From assembly GCA_016464795.1 (NCBI GenBank), contig JAEKNN010000058.1, positions 966-64,965 of the forward strand: DNA of 64,000 bases, written 5' to 3'. The stretch is from Candidatus Amunia macphersoniae (GTDB taxonomy: Bacteria; Chloroflexota; Dormibacteria; Aeolococcales; Aeolococcaceae). Below the pieces are notes generated by a model. It was given only the letters and a program-made list of their open reading frames with translations, was not told where the DNA came from and made no database searches. This document shows positions 1-10,433 of this stretch, one piece after another. The first letter of the stretch is position 1; each line of letters starts with the position of its first letter. A program made the translations under genes and the position numbers.

Positions 1-732
1 GGCCGCGACGGCGGCATCGGTGGTGACCGGTGGGTAGCTCATGGTCGGCTTGGCGCCGAGGGCGTCACGGATGTCGGTCTGGAACTGCACCAGTCTCCTG
101 ATCTCGTCGTGCGCCATGCGCATTGCCTGGAGCATCAGGTCCTCAGGCACCTGGCGCGCGCCCGCCTCGACCATGCTGATCGAGTCAGCGGTGCCGGCGA
201 CGACCAGGTCCAGCTCGGACTCGGCGATCTGCTGCAGGGTGGGGTTGAGCATCAGCTGCCCGTCGAGCATGCCCACCCGCACGCAGCCAACCGGGCCGGC
301 ATGGGGGATGTCGCTGATCGCCAGCGCCAGGGAGGCCCCGGTCACGGCGAGGGTGGTGGGGTCCTGCTCCTGGTCGGCGCTCAGGACTGTGGCGATGATC
401 TGGACGTCGTTGCGGAAGTCCTTGGGAAAGAGCGGCCGCAGCGGGCGGTCGATCATCCGGCTGGCGAGCACGCCGGCCTCGCTGGGGCGGCCCTCGCGAC
501 GCGGGAAGCTGCCCGGGATGCGACCGACCGAGTAGAGCTTCTCCTCGTAGTCGCAGGTGAGGGGGAAGAAATCGATGCCCTCGCGGGGCGTCTTGTTGGC
601 GGTTGCGGTGACGAGCACGACGGTGTCGCGACAACGGATGAGGATGGCGCCATTCGCCTGCTCGGCGATGTGGCCGGTCTCGACGATCAGTGGCTGACCG
701 GCGTAGTCGGATTCGAATTTCTGGTAGGCCAT
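1..732 (-). CDS. pnp: Polynucleotide phosphorylase (PNPase), N-terminal part; the gene continues beyond the window start
   Basis: The minus-strand translation MAYQKFESDYAGQPLIVETGHIAEQANGAILIRCRDTVVLVTATA...FFPLTCDYEEKLYSVGRIPG matches the PNPase N-terminal RNase PH domain. An AGGAGA ribosome-binding site lies 6 nt upstream of the ATG at 732..730. It follows rpsO as in the canonical rpsO-pnp operon. Confidence 0.9.
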   Translation of the reverse strand, partial: MAYQKFESDYAGQPLIVETGHIAEQANGAILIRCRDTVVLVTATANKTPREGIDFFPLTCDYEEKLYSVGRIPGSFPRREGRPSEAGVLASRMIDRPLRPLFPKDFRNDVQIIATVLSADQEQDPTTLAVTGASLALAISDIPHAGPVGCVRVGMLDGQLMLNPTLQQIAESELDLVVAGTADSISMVEAGARQVPEDLMLQAMRMAHDEIRRLVQFQTDIRDALGAKPTMSYPPVTTDAAVAA

Positions 733-1022
733 TGGGTCTCCTGTGTTGATGGATGACCCGGGCACGAGCGCACCTGGCGCAGCGCCGCGCGGATGGTGGT
801 GAGATTGGTGTCTGGAGGTCGGCGGGCGGTTCGCGCCTGTGGCTGCGATGCCGCGGGAAGGCCGAGGTCCAGGCGCCAACCTCTCACCGCTGCGCGTGGG
901 CTGCGGGCGATGGTCGCTTCCGGGTCGGAAGTGCCTGGTTGTCTGTGATGTATGAGGCCCACCGTTCAGGCGGGCTGCGCGCAACCCTCCATGGAGTGGA
1001 CCGTCGACCGTGAGCGCATCGG
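733..1022 (-). promoter_or_regulatory. Long (~290 nt) rpsO-pnp intergenic leader; putative structured pnp 5' UTR of the kind autoregulated via RNase III/PNPase
   Basis: A 290-nt non-coding gap between the rpsO stop (1023) and the pnp ATG (732) contains GC-rich palindromic segments. The assignment is by analogy with known pnp leaders; no experimental basis. Confidence 0.35.
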
Positions 1023-1289
1023 TTACCGGCGAAGCCCGAGCTGGGCGATGATGGCGCGGTAGCGCTCGACGTCGGTGCGGGTGAGGTAGTCGAGGAGCCG
1101 GCGGCGCTTGCCGACCAGCTTGAGCAGGCCACGACGGGAGGCGTGGTCCTTGGGGTGGTCGCGGAGGTGCTCGGTGAGCATCGCGACGCGGTCGCTGAGC
1201 ACAGCGATCTGCACCTCCGCCGACCCGGTGTCGGTGTCGTGGCGGCGGTGCTCGGCGATGATCTCCGCCTTGGGCCGAACTGTTGTCAA
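1023..1289 (-). CDS. rpsO: 30S ribosomal protein S15
   Basis: The translation ...[72 protein letters not shown] is diagnostic for S15. The likely TTG start at 1289 has a GGAGA ribosome-binding site 5 nt upstream and gives an 88-aa product. Confidence 0.85.
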   Translation of the reverse strand: MTTVRPKAEIIAEHRRHDTDTGSAEVQIAVLSDRVAMLTEHLRDHPKDHASRRGLLKLVGKRRRLLDYLTRTDVERYRAIIAQLGLRR

Positions 1290-1554
1290 TCGATTCTCCG
1301 TGGAGCCCAGCTGGGCTGTCGCCGGTCGGAGAGCGAAGCCGCGTGACCACATTTCTCGATGCGTCAATCCGAGCGGGGCTCTTCGAAGGTCGCTGCGAGT
1401 CTACCAGCAATCCAGATTCATGGACTCATGCGGCGCCCGAACACGGCGAGGTGCAGGGCCTGCACCGGTTCCCGGCGGGGAGGTATCGCAGTGTGCCGGG
1501 GCGACCCAGCATGCTCACCCGGCGAGGGCCACCCCCCTTCTGCCCAATTCCGCC

Positions 1555-2514
1555 CTACGGCGTGGCGACGCAGAAGTTGAGCGCACGGGGAAGGCAGGTC
1601 AGTGTCGCCGGGGCACGGCCGACCTGCTCGCCCTCGATGTCGAACAGCAGGGGGCGACTGTCGAGCGGTTCAACGCGGACATTGGTTGCGCGCCTGACGA
1701 TGAACTCGGGCCGGTGGAGGTGCCTGCCCCGATAGACGGACGGCACGGTTGCCAGGGTTCGCAGTCTCCCCAGCGCCGGCCAGACGACGACATCGAACCG
1801 CCCGTCATCCAGCTCCGCATCAGGCGCGATGCGCATGCCCCCACCGAAACAGCGGCCGTTGGCGATGACCACGTTCTGGACCTCGGTCTCCGTGATCTCA
1901 CCGTCGAGCGTCAAGCGAATCGGGCGGCCGCCAAAGCTCATCAAAGCCCTGACAGAGATGCCGAGAAAGACTGTCGTGCCACGGATTCCGCCACCCTTGG
2001 AACCGCTGCGGTTGACGCGGGCGACCACTTCGCCGCCGACGCCGCAGTCGGCGATGTTGATGAACTGCCTCGGAGCGGTGGCTCGGTCGTCATGCTCGAT
2101 GCGGCCAAGGTCGATGCGACGGACGTGGTTGGCGGCGAGGATGCGGGCGAGCGTGGCCGGGTCGGTCGGCAGTCCGATGGTTCGGCGGAAGTCGCCGCCG
2201 GTGCCGCTGGGGAGCAATGCCAGCACGGCGTGGCTGTTGATCGCGGTGCCGTCGAGATCGAAGAAGCCGTTGACGATCTCGTTGAGGGTGCCGTCACCGC
2301 CCACCGCGACCACCCGGGTGTAGCCCTCTCTGAGCGCGGCGCGGGTGACGGCGGTGGCTTCAGAGGGGTGGGTGGTGCTGTGCGCGTCGTGACCGACGCC
2401 GGCCGCCCTGAGAGCTTGGCGGAGAAATGGCCAGCGGCTGGCGGTTCGACCGCCGGCGCTGGCGGGGTTGACCACCACGAGCGTTCGCGGTCGGTCGACA
2501 CTGCCCCCGGTCAT
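1555..2514 (-). CDS. Diacylglycerol kinase-family lipid kinase (DAGK_cat / YegS-like)
   Basis: TLVVVNPASAGG...VVAVGGDGTLNEIVNG...LPSGTGGDF motifs are typical of the DAGK catalytic domain. The ATG is at 2514 (MTGGSVDRPRTL); the upstream part of the longer ORF is Arg-rich non-coding-like sequence. Confidence 0.7.
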   Translation of the reverse strand: MTGGSVDRPRTLVVVNPASAGGRTASRWPFLRQALRAAGVGHDAHSTTHPSEATAVTRAALREGYTRVVAVGGDGTLNEIVNGFFDLDGTAINSHAVLALLPSGTGGDFRRTIGLPTDPATLARILAANHVRRIDLGRIEHDDRATAPRQFINIADCGVGGEVVARVNRSGSKGGGIRGTTVFLGISVRALMSFGGRPIRLTLDGEITETEVQNVVIANGRCFGGGMRIAPDAELDDGRFDVVVWPALGRLRTLATVPSVYRGRHLHRPEFIVRRATNVRVEPLDSRPLLFDIEGEQVGRAPATLTCLPRALNFCVATP

Positions 2515-2768
2515 GGTGGGCGGATGGTACGAGCGCGCAAGAGGGGACCGCCGTAACCGAGCCGTCACAGCCGTTGGTGCGTTTGGAGGCCCTCCGAGTT
2601 CGGCCGGCGTGACAGGGCTGAGACGGGTACCGAGGGGGTCTCCAGTCGTGTCACGAGCGCGTGCTTGAAGGTCGCCCCCTGGCTGACGAACATTGGACCG
2701 ATGGGGGCGACGCCGGTCGGCACGGTCGTGTACGGTCACTGATCCGGGAGAAAGAGGAAGGGCATGCG

Positions 2769-3551
2769 ATGGTCCTGACCGACGGTATCCGCGTCGCCGT
2801 AGCGACGGTCGCGCTGCTGCTGGTTGCGTCGTGTGGGAGCACTCTGCCGGCCGTTACGACCTCCGCCACGGCTCGACCCACGACGGCTCCACGTCCGAGC
2901 GCGGCGGCCGGGCCCTGTGCGTCGGTGACGACGACGACGCCGATCGAGCAGGTGCCGCCCGCGTGCGCTGCGCTGTGGGCGCCGTACGGAGTGACCAAGG
3001 TGCCGCCGGCCAACCTCACGGACTCGACGCCGCAGGCCCCCCCGGTGGTGAATGGAACACATGGAGCAGTCACCGACGCCGCCTCAGACGCGTGGGCAAT
3101 GGCTGCCAATCGCACGGGCACATGGCTTCGCTGGAGCGAGGTCAACGATCAGTACCAGTTAACGACACACATTGAGTCCACGCAGGTTGTCAACGCAACG
3201 GTTGACCGGTTGATGCGTAGTGGCACGAGCGTTATTGACCCGGCTTGCGATCTATTCGCTGACAAGTACTCATTGTTTCCGATGACCGCTGAAGGATCGC
3301 GCTTCTTCACCTCATTTGGAGAGGTAACGCACGACGAATACGTGTTGGTTGAACACTATCCGGGTCCATGCGCGATCCTCGGGAAGAGTCCTTCAGGAAG
3401 CACTCAGACAGTTCTGGCCACGCCTAACTCCATCGTAAGTATTTCTGCCGGGACACTACGCCACGATCCATTGCTCGGTGACTTGTGGTTCGGTGACGGA
3501 GCCGCATTCTGCAGCGACCGTGGCGCCCCGACGAGTTGGTGCTCCGGATGA
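2769..3551 (+). CDS. Hypothetical lipoprotein
   Basis: There is a GAGGAAG ribosome-binding site before the ATG at 2769. The signal peptide with lipobox (VALLLVASC) is followed by a Thr/Pro-rich linker. The 3' half of the gene lies in a markedly lower-GC segment. Confidence 0.6.
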   Translation: MVLTDGIRVAVATVALLLVASCGSTLPAVTTSATARPTTAPRPSAAAGPCASVTTTTPIEQVPPACAALWAPYGVTKVPPANLTDSTPQAPPVVNGTHGAVTDAASDAWAMAANRTGTWLRWSEVNDQYQLTTHIESTQVVNATVDRLMRSGTSVIDPACDLFADKYSLFPMTAEGSRFFTSFGEVTHDEYVLVEHYPGPCAILGKSPSGSTQTVLATPNSIVSISAGTLRHDPLLGDLWFGDGAAFCSDRGAPTSWCSG

Positions 3552-5004
3552 GGCCCAGACAGTTGGCTACGATCACTCTTTGTGTAGCGGTTTCTACGTC
3601 GTTGCAGCTTGCCAATGGAAAGCCAGTCTTTGCGACAGGCTTCGGTTCGGGTGGATGTGCCAGCGCCGGTGGCGGTGACACCACTGGAATTTCCGCAACC
3701 AATTCGTGCGGCCTTCCACCGCCAGCGTCGCCCACCCCGCAGGACAACGGCCCCGGCATCGCCGGACCCGCAGTCGGGCCATCGTTGGGTTCGCCGTGCA
3801 TCCCGACCCAGAAGCTGCCGGGCGTGGGCAACCCCGGCCGCAAGGTCCCCAGCGACCAGTACATCATCATCAGCCCAGCCATCACCGGCAATCCCGGGGC
3901 CGGGCTGACGGCAAGCGGCACCATCCACTCCGCTCTTCCGATCGGCTCCCCCGACGGACCCCACGACGTCGCCGTCCCCCCAGAGCCCGTCAAGACGGCA
4001 GGTCAGCAGAATGGCGACGCAGCTGCCGCAGCGCAGGGCATCGCCAATGAGTACAACGCGGACCAACCACGATCCAAGACGCCCAGTCTGCTCGAGCTTT
4101 CGATCAGCCGTCGGGCGCGCTACAAAGGCTCCTCGGCACGCAGTACGCCGCCACCGACTTCTACGTGCCAAAAGGCCCGGCTGTACCCGGCGCAGTGGCC
4201 ACGTCGGAGGACGCCACCACGTGGTCATTCCTCGAGCCTGTCTATCTCGACGTTGGAGTTGTCGTGCACGACAAGCTCGGAGTCGGCCCGCTGAACCTGC
4301 CCGTGTACGGACCGGAGTACTGCAGCGCCCTCACGGTCATGGGCACCGACCCGCCATATCTGCAAACGCAGGTCGCCACCTTGGTCTCGAGCTTCACGGC
4401 CCAGGTCAGGAGCATCGCCGACGAGTTGTGGCACGGTTTTCGGCGCGGCGGCATCGTCACCAAGCCGGCCAACGGCACGCCCACGTACGTCGGCATGCCC
4501 ACCTGCGCCGGCCTCGACACCGGGCTGCCCACCGGCTCAGGCACGCCCAACCCGTTCACCATCAGTCTGCCGATCACCCTCCAAGGCGTCGCCGGCCAGC
4601 TTCCCGTGGCGGTGTCCGGCCGGGTGGCAGTCTCCATCGTCGCCGACGGCGTCCACTGGGACTTTCACGATCCCTCCGGGAACTCCGCCGTTCACGGCCA
4701 GGACTCGACAGACCCGGCCGCGCCGACCGGAACCCCCAGCTACGACGCCTCGACGCAGACCTGGCCGGACGCGGACTCGAAGTGCACCGTGTACCACCAG
4801 TACCGCGGACTGGCGGCTGCACCCGGAGTGACGATCTCCGCCACCGAGCACTTCCACATCGAGGTCTCCGGCGTGTACAGCACCGGCTCTGCCACGCCGA
4901 TCACGTTCGCGTATGGCTACGAGCCGGCCGACTCACCGGTGAGCTGGACCAGCGGCCCATACCCCGTCTACCAGATCGAAGCAGTGCCCTACGCGCCGGG
5001 GTAG
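3548..5004 (+). pseudogene. Secreted Gly/Pro-rich protein gene interrupted by a frameshift near 4050-4100
   Basis: The ATG at 3548 overlaps the upstream stop (ATGA) and encodes a signal peptide MRPRQLATITLCVAVSTSLQLANG. The protein-like frame switches from frame 2 (3548..~4050) to frame 1 (~4051..5004); the frame-2 tail after ~4080 is Arg/Ser-rich junk. The frame-1 continuation (…AFDQPSGALQRLLGTQYAATDFYVPKGPAVPGAV…YQIEAVPYAPG) looks genuine. Confidence 0.5.
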
Positions 5005-5014
5005 CTGACCAGAG

Positions 5015-5956
5015 TCACAACGACGGCGGCGCAACCCCGGTGAGCAGCCGGCGCGCCTGGTCCACGTCGCGGCCGATCTGCGCCACCAGCTCGTCGACTG
5101 ACGCATAGGCCCGCTCCTCGCGCAGCCGCTCCACGAACACAGCGCGCACATCGTGGTCGTACAGGTCGCCCGAGAAGTCGAGCAGGTAGGCCTCGACGGT
5201 GAGCCGGTCGCCACCAAAGGTGGGCCGGTAGCCCACGTTGGTCGCCGCCATGTGCCAACGGCCGCCGACGCGCACCCACATCGCATACACCCCGGCCTGC
5301 GGCAGGCACTTCTCGGTGGCGATGGAGAGATTGGCGGTCGGGTACCCGAGATGGCGGCCCACCTCCTTGCCATGCTCCACTCGTGCGTCCATGAAGTACG
5401 GCCGTCCCAGCAGGAGCATTGCCCCGGTCACGTCACCCGCGCTGACAAGCTCGCGGATGCGCGACGACGACACAGCGCCCGCCTCGGCGCGCACCTCCCC
5501 CACCTGCATCACAGCGATCCCGTGGCGCGCCCCGTAGTCGCGCAGGAAGGCGATGTCGCCCTGCCGCTTGTGCCCCAGTGCGAAGTCGTGCCCCACCACC
5601 AGCGCGCGCAGGTCGAACGCGTCCCCAAGCAGGTCGCAGAACTGCTCGGCCCCCCAGCTGCTCACCTCGCGGGTGAAGCCGAGAACCACCAGCCTGTCGA
5701 GGCCACCGTGCGCCAGCAGGTCCCGTTTCTCGGCCACGGTGGTCAGTGACTGCGGACAGCGGGCGGGGTCGAGAACGCAGCGTGGATGTGGGTTGAAGGT
5801 GAGCAGCGCCGTCTGCGCGTCCATCGACGCCGCGGTGACCCGCACCTCGTCGAGCAACGCCTGGTGACCGCGATGGACACCGTCGAAGTTGCCGATGGTG
5901 AGCACCACGGGCGCGTCGCCATCCTGCCTGCGCCCCAGCCCGCTGTCGACGCGCAT
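5015..5956 (-). CDS. ribF: Bifunctional riboflavin kinase / FMN adenylyltransferase
   Basis: VVLTIGNFDGVHRGHQALL...GYPTANL...YRPTFGG are RibF hallmarks, and the gene sits in the conserved position downstream of truB. Confidence 0.9.
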   Translation of the reverse strand: MRVDSGLGRRQDGDAPVVLTIGNFDGVHRGHQALLDEVRVTAASMDAQTALLTFNPHPRCVLDPARCPQSLTTVAEKRDLLAHGGLDRLVVLGFTREVSSWGAEQFCDLLGDAFDLRALVVGHDFALGHKRQGDIAFLRDYGARHGIAVMQVGEVRAEAGAVSSSRIRELVSAGDVTGAMLLLGRPYFMDARVEHGKEVGRHLGYPTANLSIATEKCLPQAGVYAMWVRVGGRWHMAATNVGYRPTFGGDRLTVEAYLLDFSGDLYDHDVRAVFVERLREERAYASVDELVAQIGRDVDQARRLLTGVAPPSL

Positions 5957-5960
5957 CGGC

Positions 5961-6878
5961 TTAGTTGTTGAGGACCTTGGTGGGTCGCAGCAGGTTGCCG
6001 GCGATCTCGCCGATGGCGATCAGGCGACCGTCGGCGCTATGCACCCTGCACTGGTTGCCGGCGGTCATCGCCGGAGGCCGGGGCAGCCACACCGACTGGC
6101 CGCGACCCACCATCGTCGCCGGCTGCGGCAGCAGGTCGACCCGGGGCAGGAAGCTGACAGCACGATCCATCGGCAGCAGGGCGACCGTGGGATCGGGGTA
6201 CTCGGCAAGGGCGTCCGGGGTGACCGCATCCTCGACGCGCAATGGGCCGTAGGCAGTGCGCGACAGCCACCCCAGCAGCGCGCCCACCCCCAGCCGCTCA
6301 CCGATGTCAGCGGCGAGCACGCGCATGTAGGCGCCCTTGCCGCTGACCACCTCGATCTCAGCCTCCGCGCGAGGCCCGGGGCGAAACGCGGTCACCTCGA
6401 TGCTCTCGATCGACACCTGGCGCGCCGTGCGTTCCACCTCCTGACCGCTGCGGGCGAGCTCGTACAGGTGCTTGCCCTGGTGGCGAACCGCCGAGTACAT
6501 CGGCGGCACCTGTTCGACGTCGCCGACGAACATCGTCGCCGCCTCGCGAACCTCCTGCTCGGTGAGTCCGGAGGCATCGCCACCGGCGAGCACCTCGCCC
6601 TCGGTGTCGAGCGTGTCGCTGCGCTCCCCGAAGCGGACCACGCAGTGATACGTCTTGCTCTGCTGGTGGAAGTAGTCGACCAACCTGGTCGCCTGACCGA
6701 TGCACACCGGCAGCAACCCGGTGGCGGTGGGGTCGAGCGTCCCGGCGTGGCCGACGCGGCGCTCGTCGAAGATCCGCCGCACGGCGCGGACTGCGTCGAA
6801 GGAGGTCATGCCCGCCGGCTTGTCGATCGCCAGGATGCCACTGCGCGATGCCTTGACGGCAGCCACCGCCGCGCTCAC
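5961..6878 (-). CDS. truB: tRNA pseudouridine(55) synthase
   Basis: ILAIDKPAGMTSFDAV...GHAGTLDP..TGLLPV is the TruB catalytic motif. The GTG start at 6878 overlaps the nrnA TGA stop (GTGA). Confidence 0.88.
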   Translation of the reverse strand: MSAAVAAVKASRSGILAIDKPAGMTSFDAVRAVRRIFDERRVGHAGTLDPTATGLLPVCIGQATRLVDYFHQQSKTYHCVVRFGERSDTLDTEGEVLAGGDASGLTEQEVREAATMFVGDVEQVPPMYSAVRHQGKHLYELARSGQEVERTARQVSIESIEVTAFRPGPRAEAEIEVVSGKGAYMRVLAADIGERLGVGALLGWLSRTAYGPLRVEDAVTPDALAEYPDPTVALLPMDRAVSFLPRVDLLPQPATMVGRGQSVWLPRPPAMTAGNQCRVHSADGRLIAIGEIAGNLLRPTKVLNN

Positions 6879-7873
6879 CTGGTAGACCGGAGCAGCTCCC
6901 GGGCCACCTCGAGGACGCGCGGCTCGAAGACCGCGAGCGATTCGTCGAGCTCCGCCCCGGAGGCGCGCTGGTGGCCTCCCCCACCGAAGGGGATGCACAC
7001 GGTGGTGGCGTCGTAGGGCTCGCGGGTGCGCACGCTGACCTTGGTTTGGTTCGGGCCGTTCTCCTTGAACAGCACAGCGATCTTCATGGTGTCGATGCTC
7101 TGCAGCTGGTCGATGACGCCCTCGGACTCCATCATGTCGGCGCCGCTCTCGGCCAGCATCGCCTGGGTGATCTCCGACCACACCAGGCGTCCGTCGAACT
7201 CGGTGTGGAGGTTGGCGACGGCGATACCCTCGAGCTTGAGCCGCGACACCGAGCGCGAGTTGTAGCTCTTCAGCGCGACCCAGGCCGGGTCGGCGCCGGC
7301 GGCCACCAGGTCGGCGCCGAGACGCAGCACTGTCTCGTTGGTGTTGGCGTGCCGATAGCCACCGGTGTCGGTGAAGAGCGCCGCGTACAGGTTGGTGGCC
7401 ACGTCCGCTGTGATCGGCGCGCCCAGGGCGGTGAGCAGGTCGTAGACCACCTGGCCGGTGGCGCTCGCCTCCGGCTCGATCAGGTTGATGCCACCGAAGC
7501 CCTCGTTGCTGACGTGGTGGTCGACGTTGACAACCGTCGGCGCGTCCCGGACCAGAGCCTGCTTGTCGCCGAAGCGCTGGATGGTGGCGCAGTCGAAGGT
7601 GAACAGCACCTCGACCTCCGCGCCGGTGTCCTCGCTGATGGTGTCGAAGCCCGGCAGGTGCTCGAGCAGGCGCGGCACCGGCGACGGGACCAGAACGCGC
7701 ACCTCTCGTCCCAGGGCACGCATCGACAGTGCGAAGCCCAGCGCCGAGCCGAGGCTGTCGGCGTCGGCGTCCTTGTGGGCCAGGCAGGTGATCAGCCCGC
7801 CGCGGTCGAGCACCTCGCGGATCCCCCCCACCACGTCCGCGAGCGGCGGCCAGCCAGTGGTCACCGCGGTCAT
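6875..7873 (-). CDS. nrnA: DHH/DHHA1 phosphoesterase (NrnA-like oligoribonuclease / pAp phosphatase)
   Basis: DHH-family motifs (AHKDADADSLGS, DHH region VNVDHHVSN, GGGH at the C-terminus) are present. The ATG overlaps the rbfA stop (ATGA). Confidence 0.75.
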   Translation of the reverse strand: MTAVTTGWPPLADVVGGIREVLDRGGLITCLAHKDADADSLGSALGFALSMRALGREVRVLVPSPVPRLLEHLPGFDTISEDTGAEVEVLFTFDCATIQRFGDKQALVRDAPTVVNVDHHVSNEGFGGINLIEPEASATGQVVYDLLTALGAPITADVATNLYAALFTDTGGYRHANTNETVLRLGADLVAAGADPAWVALKSYNSRSVSRLKLEGIAVANLHTEFDGRLVWSEITQAMLAESGADMMESEGVIDQLQSIDTMKIAVLFKENGPNQTKVSVRTREPYDATTVCIPFGGGGHQRASGAELDESLAVFEPRVLEVARELLRSTR

Positions 7874-8313
7874 TCGGACAGCTCGGCGTCGGGCCGGGCG
7901 GAAGCCTCGGGGACGGCGGCACCGGACCCGTCGCCGGTGTCGAGCTCGCGCAGCATGCTGCTGATGCGCACGCTGTAGGCGATCGACTCATCCAGCTCGA
8001 AGCGAAGCTTTGGCGCGGTCTTGAGGTTCTCGAGCCGCTCGCCCAGCTGGCCGCGGAGGTAGCCCTCGGCGTGCCGGAGCGCGCTGACCACCGCATGGCG
8101 CTCGCGCTCCTCGCCGACGGCGCTGACCATCACCCGCGCGCTGCGCATGTCGGGGGCGACGCTGACCTGGCTGATCGAGGCCATCCGCACCCGAGGGTCC
8201 TTCATGTCGATGAGCATCATCCGCGAGATCTCCTGGCGGAGCTGCTCGGCGACGCGTTCGGTCCGCGGCGGTCGGGAGCCGTGCTGGGCGTGGCTGTGGA
8301 AGTTGGAGGTCAT
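7870..8313 (-). CDS. rbfA: Ribosome-binding factor A
   Basis: RVAEQLRQEISRMMLIDMKDPRV...VSAVGEE is the RbfA signature. The ATG is at 8313, giving about 147 aa; the longer upstream ORF would overlap infB. Confidence 0.8.
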   Translation of the reverse strand: MTSNFHSHAQHGSRPPRTERVAEQLRQEISRMMLIDMKDPRVRMASISQVSVAPDMRSARVMVSAVGEERERHAVVSALRHAEGYLRGQLGERLENLKTAPKLRFELDESIAYSVRISSMLRELDTGDGSGAAVPEASARPDAELSE

Positions 8314-8344
8314 GACACGCGACGGCGACGAGCCGTTGCGGAGC

Positions 8345-10138
8345 TCACAGGTTCTGCTGCTCGACCGTGTACGCCTCGATGATGTCGCCAACCGCGAAAT
8401 CGCTGAAGTCGTCCAGGGTGATGCCGCAGTCGTAGCCGCGAGCCACCTCGCGGACGTCGTCCTTGAACCGCTTCAGCACGGCGATCCGGCTGCGATGGAT
8501 CTGCCTCCCGTCGCGGAGAACAGTCGCTGTGGAGTTGCGGGGGATGCGGCCGTCGAGCACGTGGGAACCGGCGATCGCGTTCCTGCCGTCCACTGTGAAG
8601 ACCTGGCGCACCTCGGCGCGGCCCTGCAGCACATCGATGACCGTGGGCTCGTAGAGGCCCTTGATGGCGTTGGCGATGTCGTCGGTGATCTGGTAGATGA
8701 CGTCGTAGTAGCGCACGTCGACGCCCTGGGCGTCGGCCGCGAGCTTGGCGCGATCGTCGGGGCGCACGTTGAAGCCGATCACAATCGAATCGGTGACAGC
8801 GGCCAAGTTGACGTCTGCCTCGCCAACCGGGCCCACCCCGGAGGCGACGACCACCACCTTCACGTTGGCGTCCTCGATCTTCTCGATCTGGCCGCGCAGC
8901 GCCTCCAGCGACCCCGTGGAGTCGGCCTTGACCAGCACGTTGAGGTTCTTGACCGAGCCCTCGGCCACCTGCGAGGCGAGGTCGGCGAGGGTGATCCGCC
9001 GCACCGGCTGGGCGAGGCGTTCCTTGGCGTCGAACCCACGCTGCTCGGCAAGAGAGCGGGCGCTGCGCTCGTTGGCCATGACCTGGAACACGTCACCCGC
9101 CTCGGCGACGCCGGACAGGCCGGTGACCACCGCGGGCGTGCTCGGCCCCGCCTGCTGGAGGCGACCCCCGCGCTCGTCCAGAAGAGCGCGAATGCGCCCG
9201 TACACGTGGCCGGCGACGATGTAGTCGCCCACCTTGAGGCTGCCGTTCTGCACCAGCACCGTGGCGACGGGTCCGCGACCGGGATCACGGTCGGACTCGA
9301 TGACAGTCCCCACCGCTCTGCCCTTGGGGTTGGCCTTGGGCTCGACCTCCGCGTCGGCGGTGAGCACGATCATGTCGAGCAGGTCGTCGACGCCCTGACC
9401 GGTCCTGGCGCTGGTGCGGACAACAGTGATGTCACCGCCGTAGTCGCTGCTCACCAGGCCGCGATCGGCGAGCTGCTGGAGCACCCGATCGGGGTTGGCG
9501 CCGTCCTTGTCGACCTTGTTGAGGGCGACGATGATCGGCACCTCCGCGGTGCGGACGTGCTGGATCGCCTCCTCGGTCTGGGGCATGACGCCGTCGTCAG
9601 CGGCGACCACCAGGATGGCGATGTCGGTGACGTCCGCTCCCCGGGCGCGCATCGCGGTGAAGGCCTCATGGCCCGGGGTGTCGATGAACGTGATCGGACG
9701 CCCCTCTCTCTCCACCTGGTAGGCGCCGATCTTCTGGGTGATGCCGCCGGCCTCGCCGGCCGCGACGGTGGTCTCGCGCACACGATCCAGCAGGGATGTC
9801 TTGCCATGGTCGACATGGCCGAGAACCGTGACCACCGGGGGCCGGGCAACCAGGGTCGCCGGGTCGGCATCGGAGAAATCGAGCAGCGGGTTGCGCCGGC
9901 GGTTCGAGGTCCGCCCGACAGCGCTCGCACCATCCGCTGCGGCGGCCGCCGCCTCACTCTCGGCCTCGAAGCCGAAGTGGTCGGCCGCCAGGGCAGCTGT
10001 GTCGAAATCCACCGACTGGTTGAGGTTGGCAAGCACCCCATTGCCCATCAGGTATTTGATGAGCTCCGGCCCGGAGACTGACAGGCGTTCGGCGAGCTCC
10101 TTGACGGTCACAGTGGCCGGCAACTGAAGCTTCTTCAC
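8345..10138 (-). CDS. infB: Translation initiation factor IF-2 (short form, ~598 aa)
   Basis: [14 protein letters not shown]...[16 protein letters not shown] are G-domain motifs, and the C-terminal domains are conserved. The GTG at 10138 overlaps the ylxR TGA (GTGA), with AGGAGG 16 nt upstream. The long N-terminal domain of E. coli and mycobacterial IF-2 is absent. Confidence 0.88.
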   Translation of the reverse strand: MKKLQLPATVTVKELAERLSVSGPELIKYLMGNGVLANLNQSVDFDTAALAADHFGFEAESEAAAAAADGASAVGRTSNRRRNPLLDFSDADPATLVARPPVVTVLGHVDHGKTSLLDRVRETTVAAGEAGGITQKIGAYQVEREGRPITFIDTPGHEAFTAMRARGADVTDIAILVVAADDGVMPQTEEAIQHVRTAEVPIIVALNKVDKDGANPDRVLQQLADRGLVSSDYGGDITVVRTSARTGQGVDDLLDMIVLTADAEVEPKANPKGRAVGTVIESDRDPGRGPVATVLVQNGSLKVGDYIVAGHVYGRIRALLDERGGRLQQAGPSTPAVVTGLSGVAEAGDVFQVMANERSARSLAEQRGFDAKERLAQPVRRITLADLASQVAEGSVKNLNVLVKADSTGSLEALRGQIEKIEDANVKVVVVASGVGPVGEADVNLAAVTDSIVIGFNVRPDDRAKLAADAQGVDVRYYDVIYQITDDIANAIKGLYEPTVIDVLQGRAEVRQVFTVDGRNAIAGSHVLDGRIPRNSTATVLRDGRQIHRSRIAVLKRFKDDVREVARGYDCGITLDDFSDFAVGDIIEAYTVEQQNL

Positions 10139-10383
10139 CGTGGCGATGGCTGTACCTCCTGTCCCGGCGCCCCGATGATGGCGCCCAGTTCCTGGTAGTT
10201 GATCAGCTCCTCTCCGGTGCGAAGGGAGCGGGCCAGCGCCCGCCGGCGCCGTGCCTGCTCGAGGCACCCGATGCCCCCCGCGCAGACGTAGGCTCCCCGG
10301 CCGGGAAGCTGGTTGTGAACGTCAAGAGTAACCTGTCCGCGAGAATCGATGGCGAGGCGGACCAGCTCGGAGCGTGGCCTCAC
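10135..10383 (-). CDS. ylxR: YlxR/DUF448 family protein (nusA-infB operon RNA-binding protein); the true start is probably further upstream
   Basis: GRGAYVC...CLEQA is the conserved core. The family TCIGCR motif is encoded immediately upstream of the first listed GTG (10383), in frame but without a canonical start. The real start therefore likely overlaps the nusA 3' end. Confidence 0.6.
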   Translation of the reverse strand: MRPRSELVRLAIDSRGQVTLDVHNQLPGRGAYVCAGGIGCLEQARRRRALARSLRTGEELINYQELGAIIGAPGQEVQPSPR

Positions 10384-10433
10384 CAGGCGGCAGCCGATGC
10401 AGGTGCGCTGCGGAACATGGCCACCGGGCGTGG

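Noticed and set aside
5961-8096. Single 711-aa minus-strand ORF
   Set aside because: It is really truB (5961-6878) plus upstream out-of-frame read-through. nrnA and rbfA are separate genes in other frames with ATGA/GTGA junctions.
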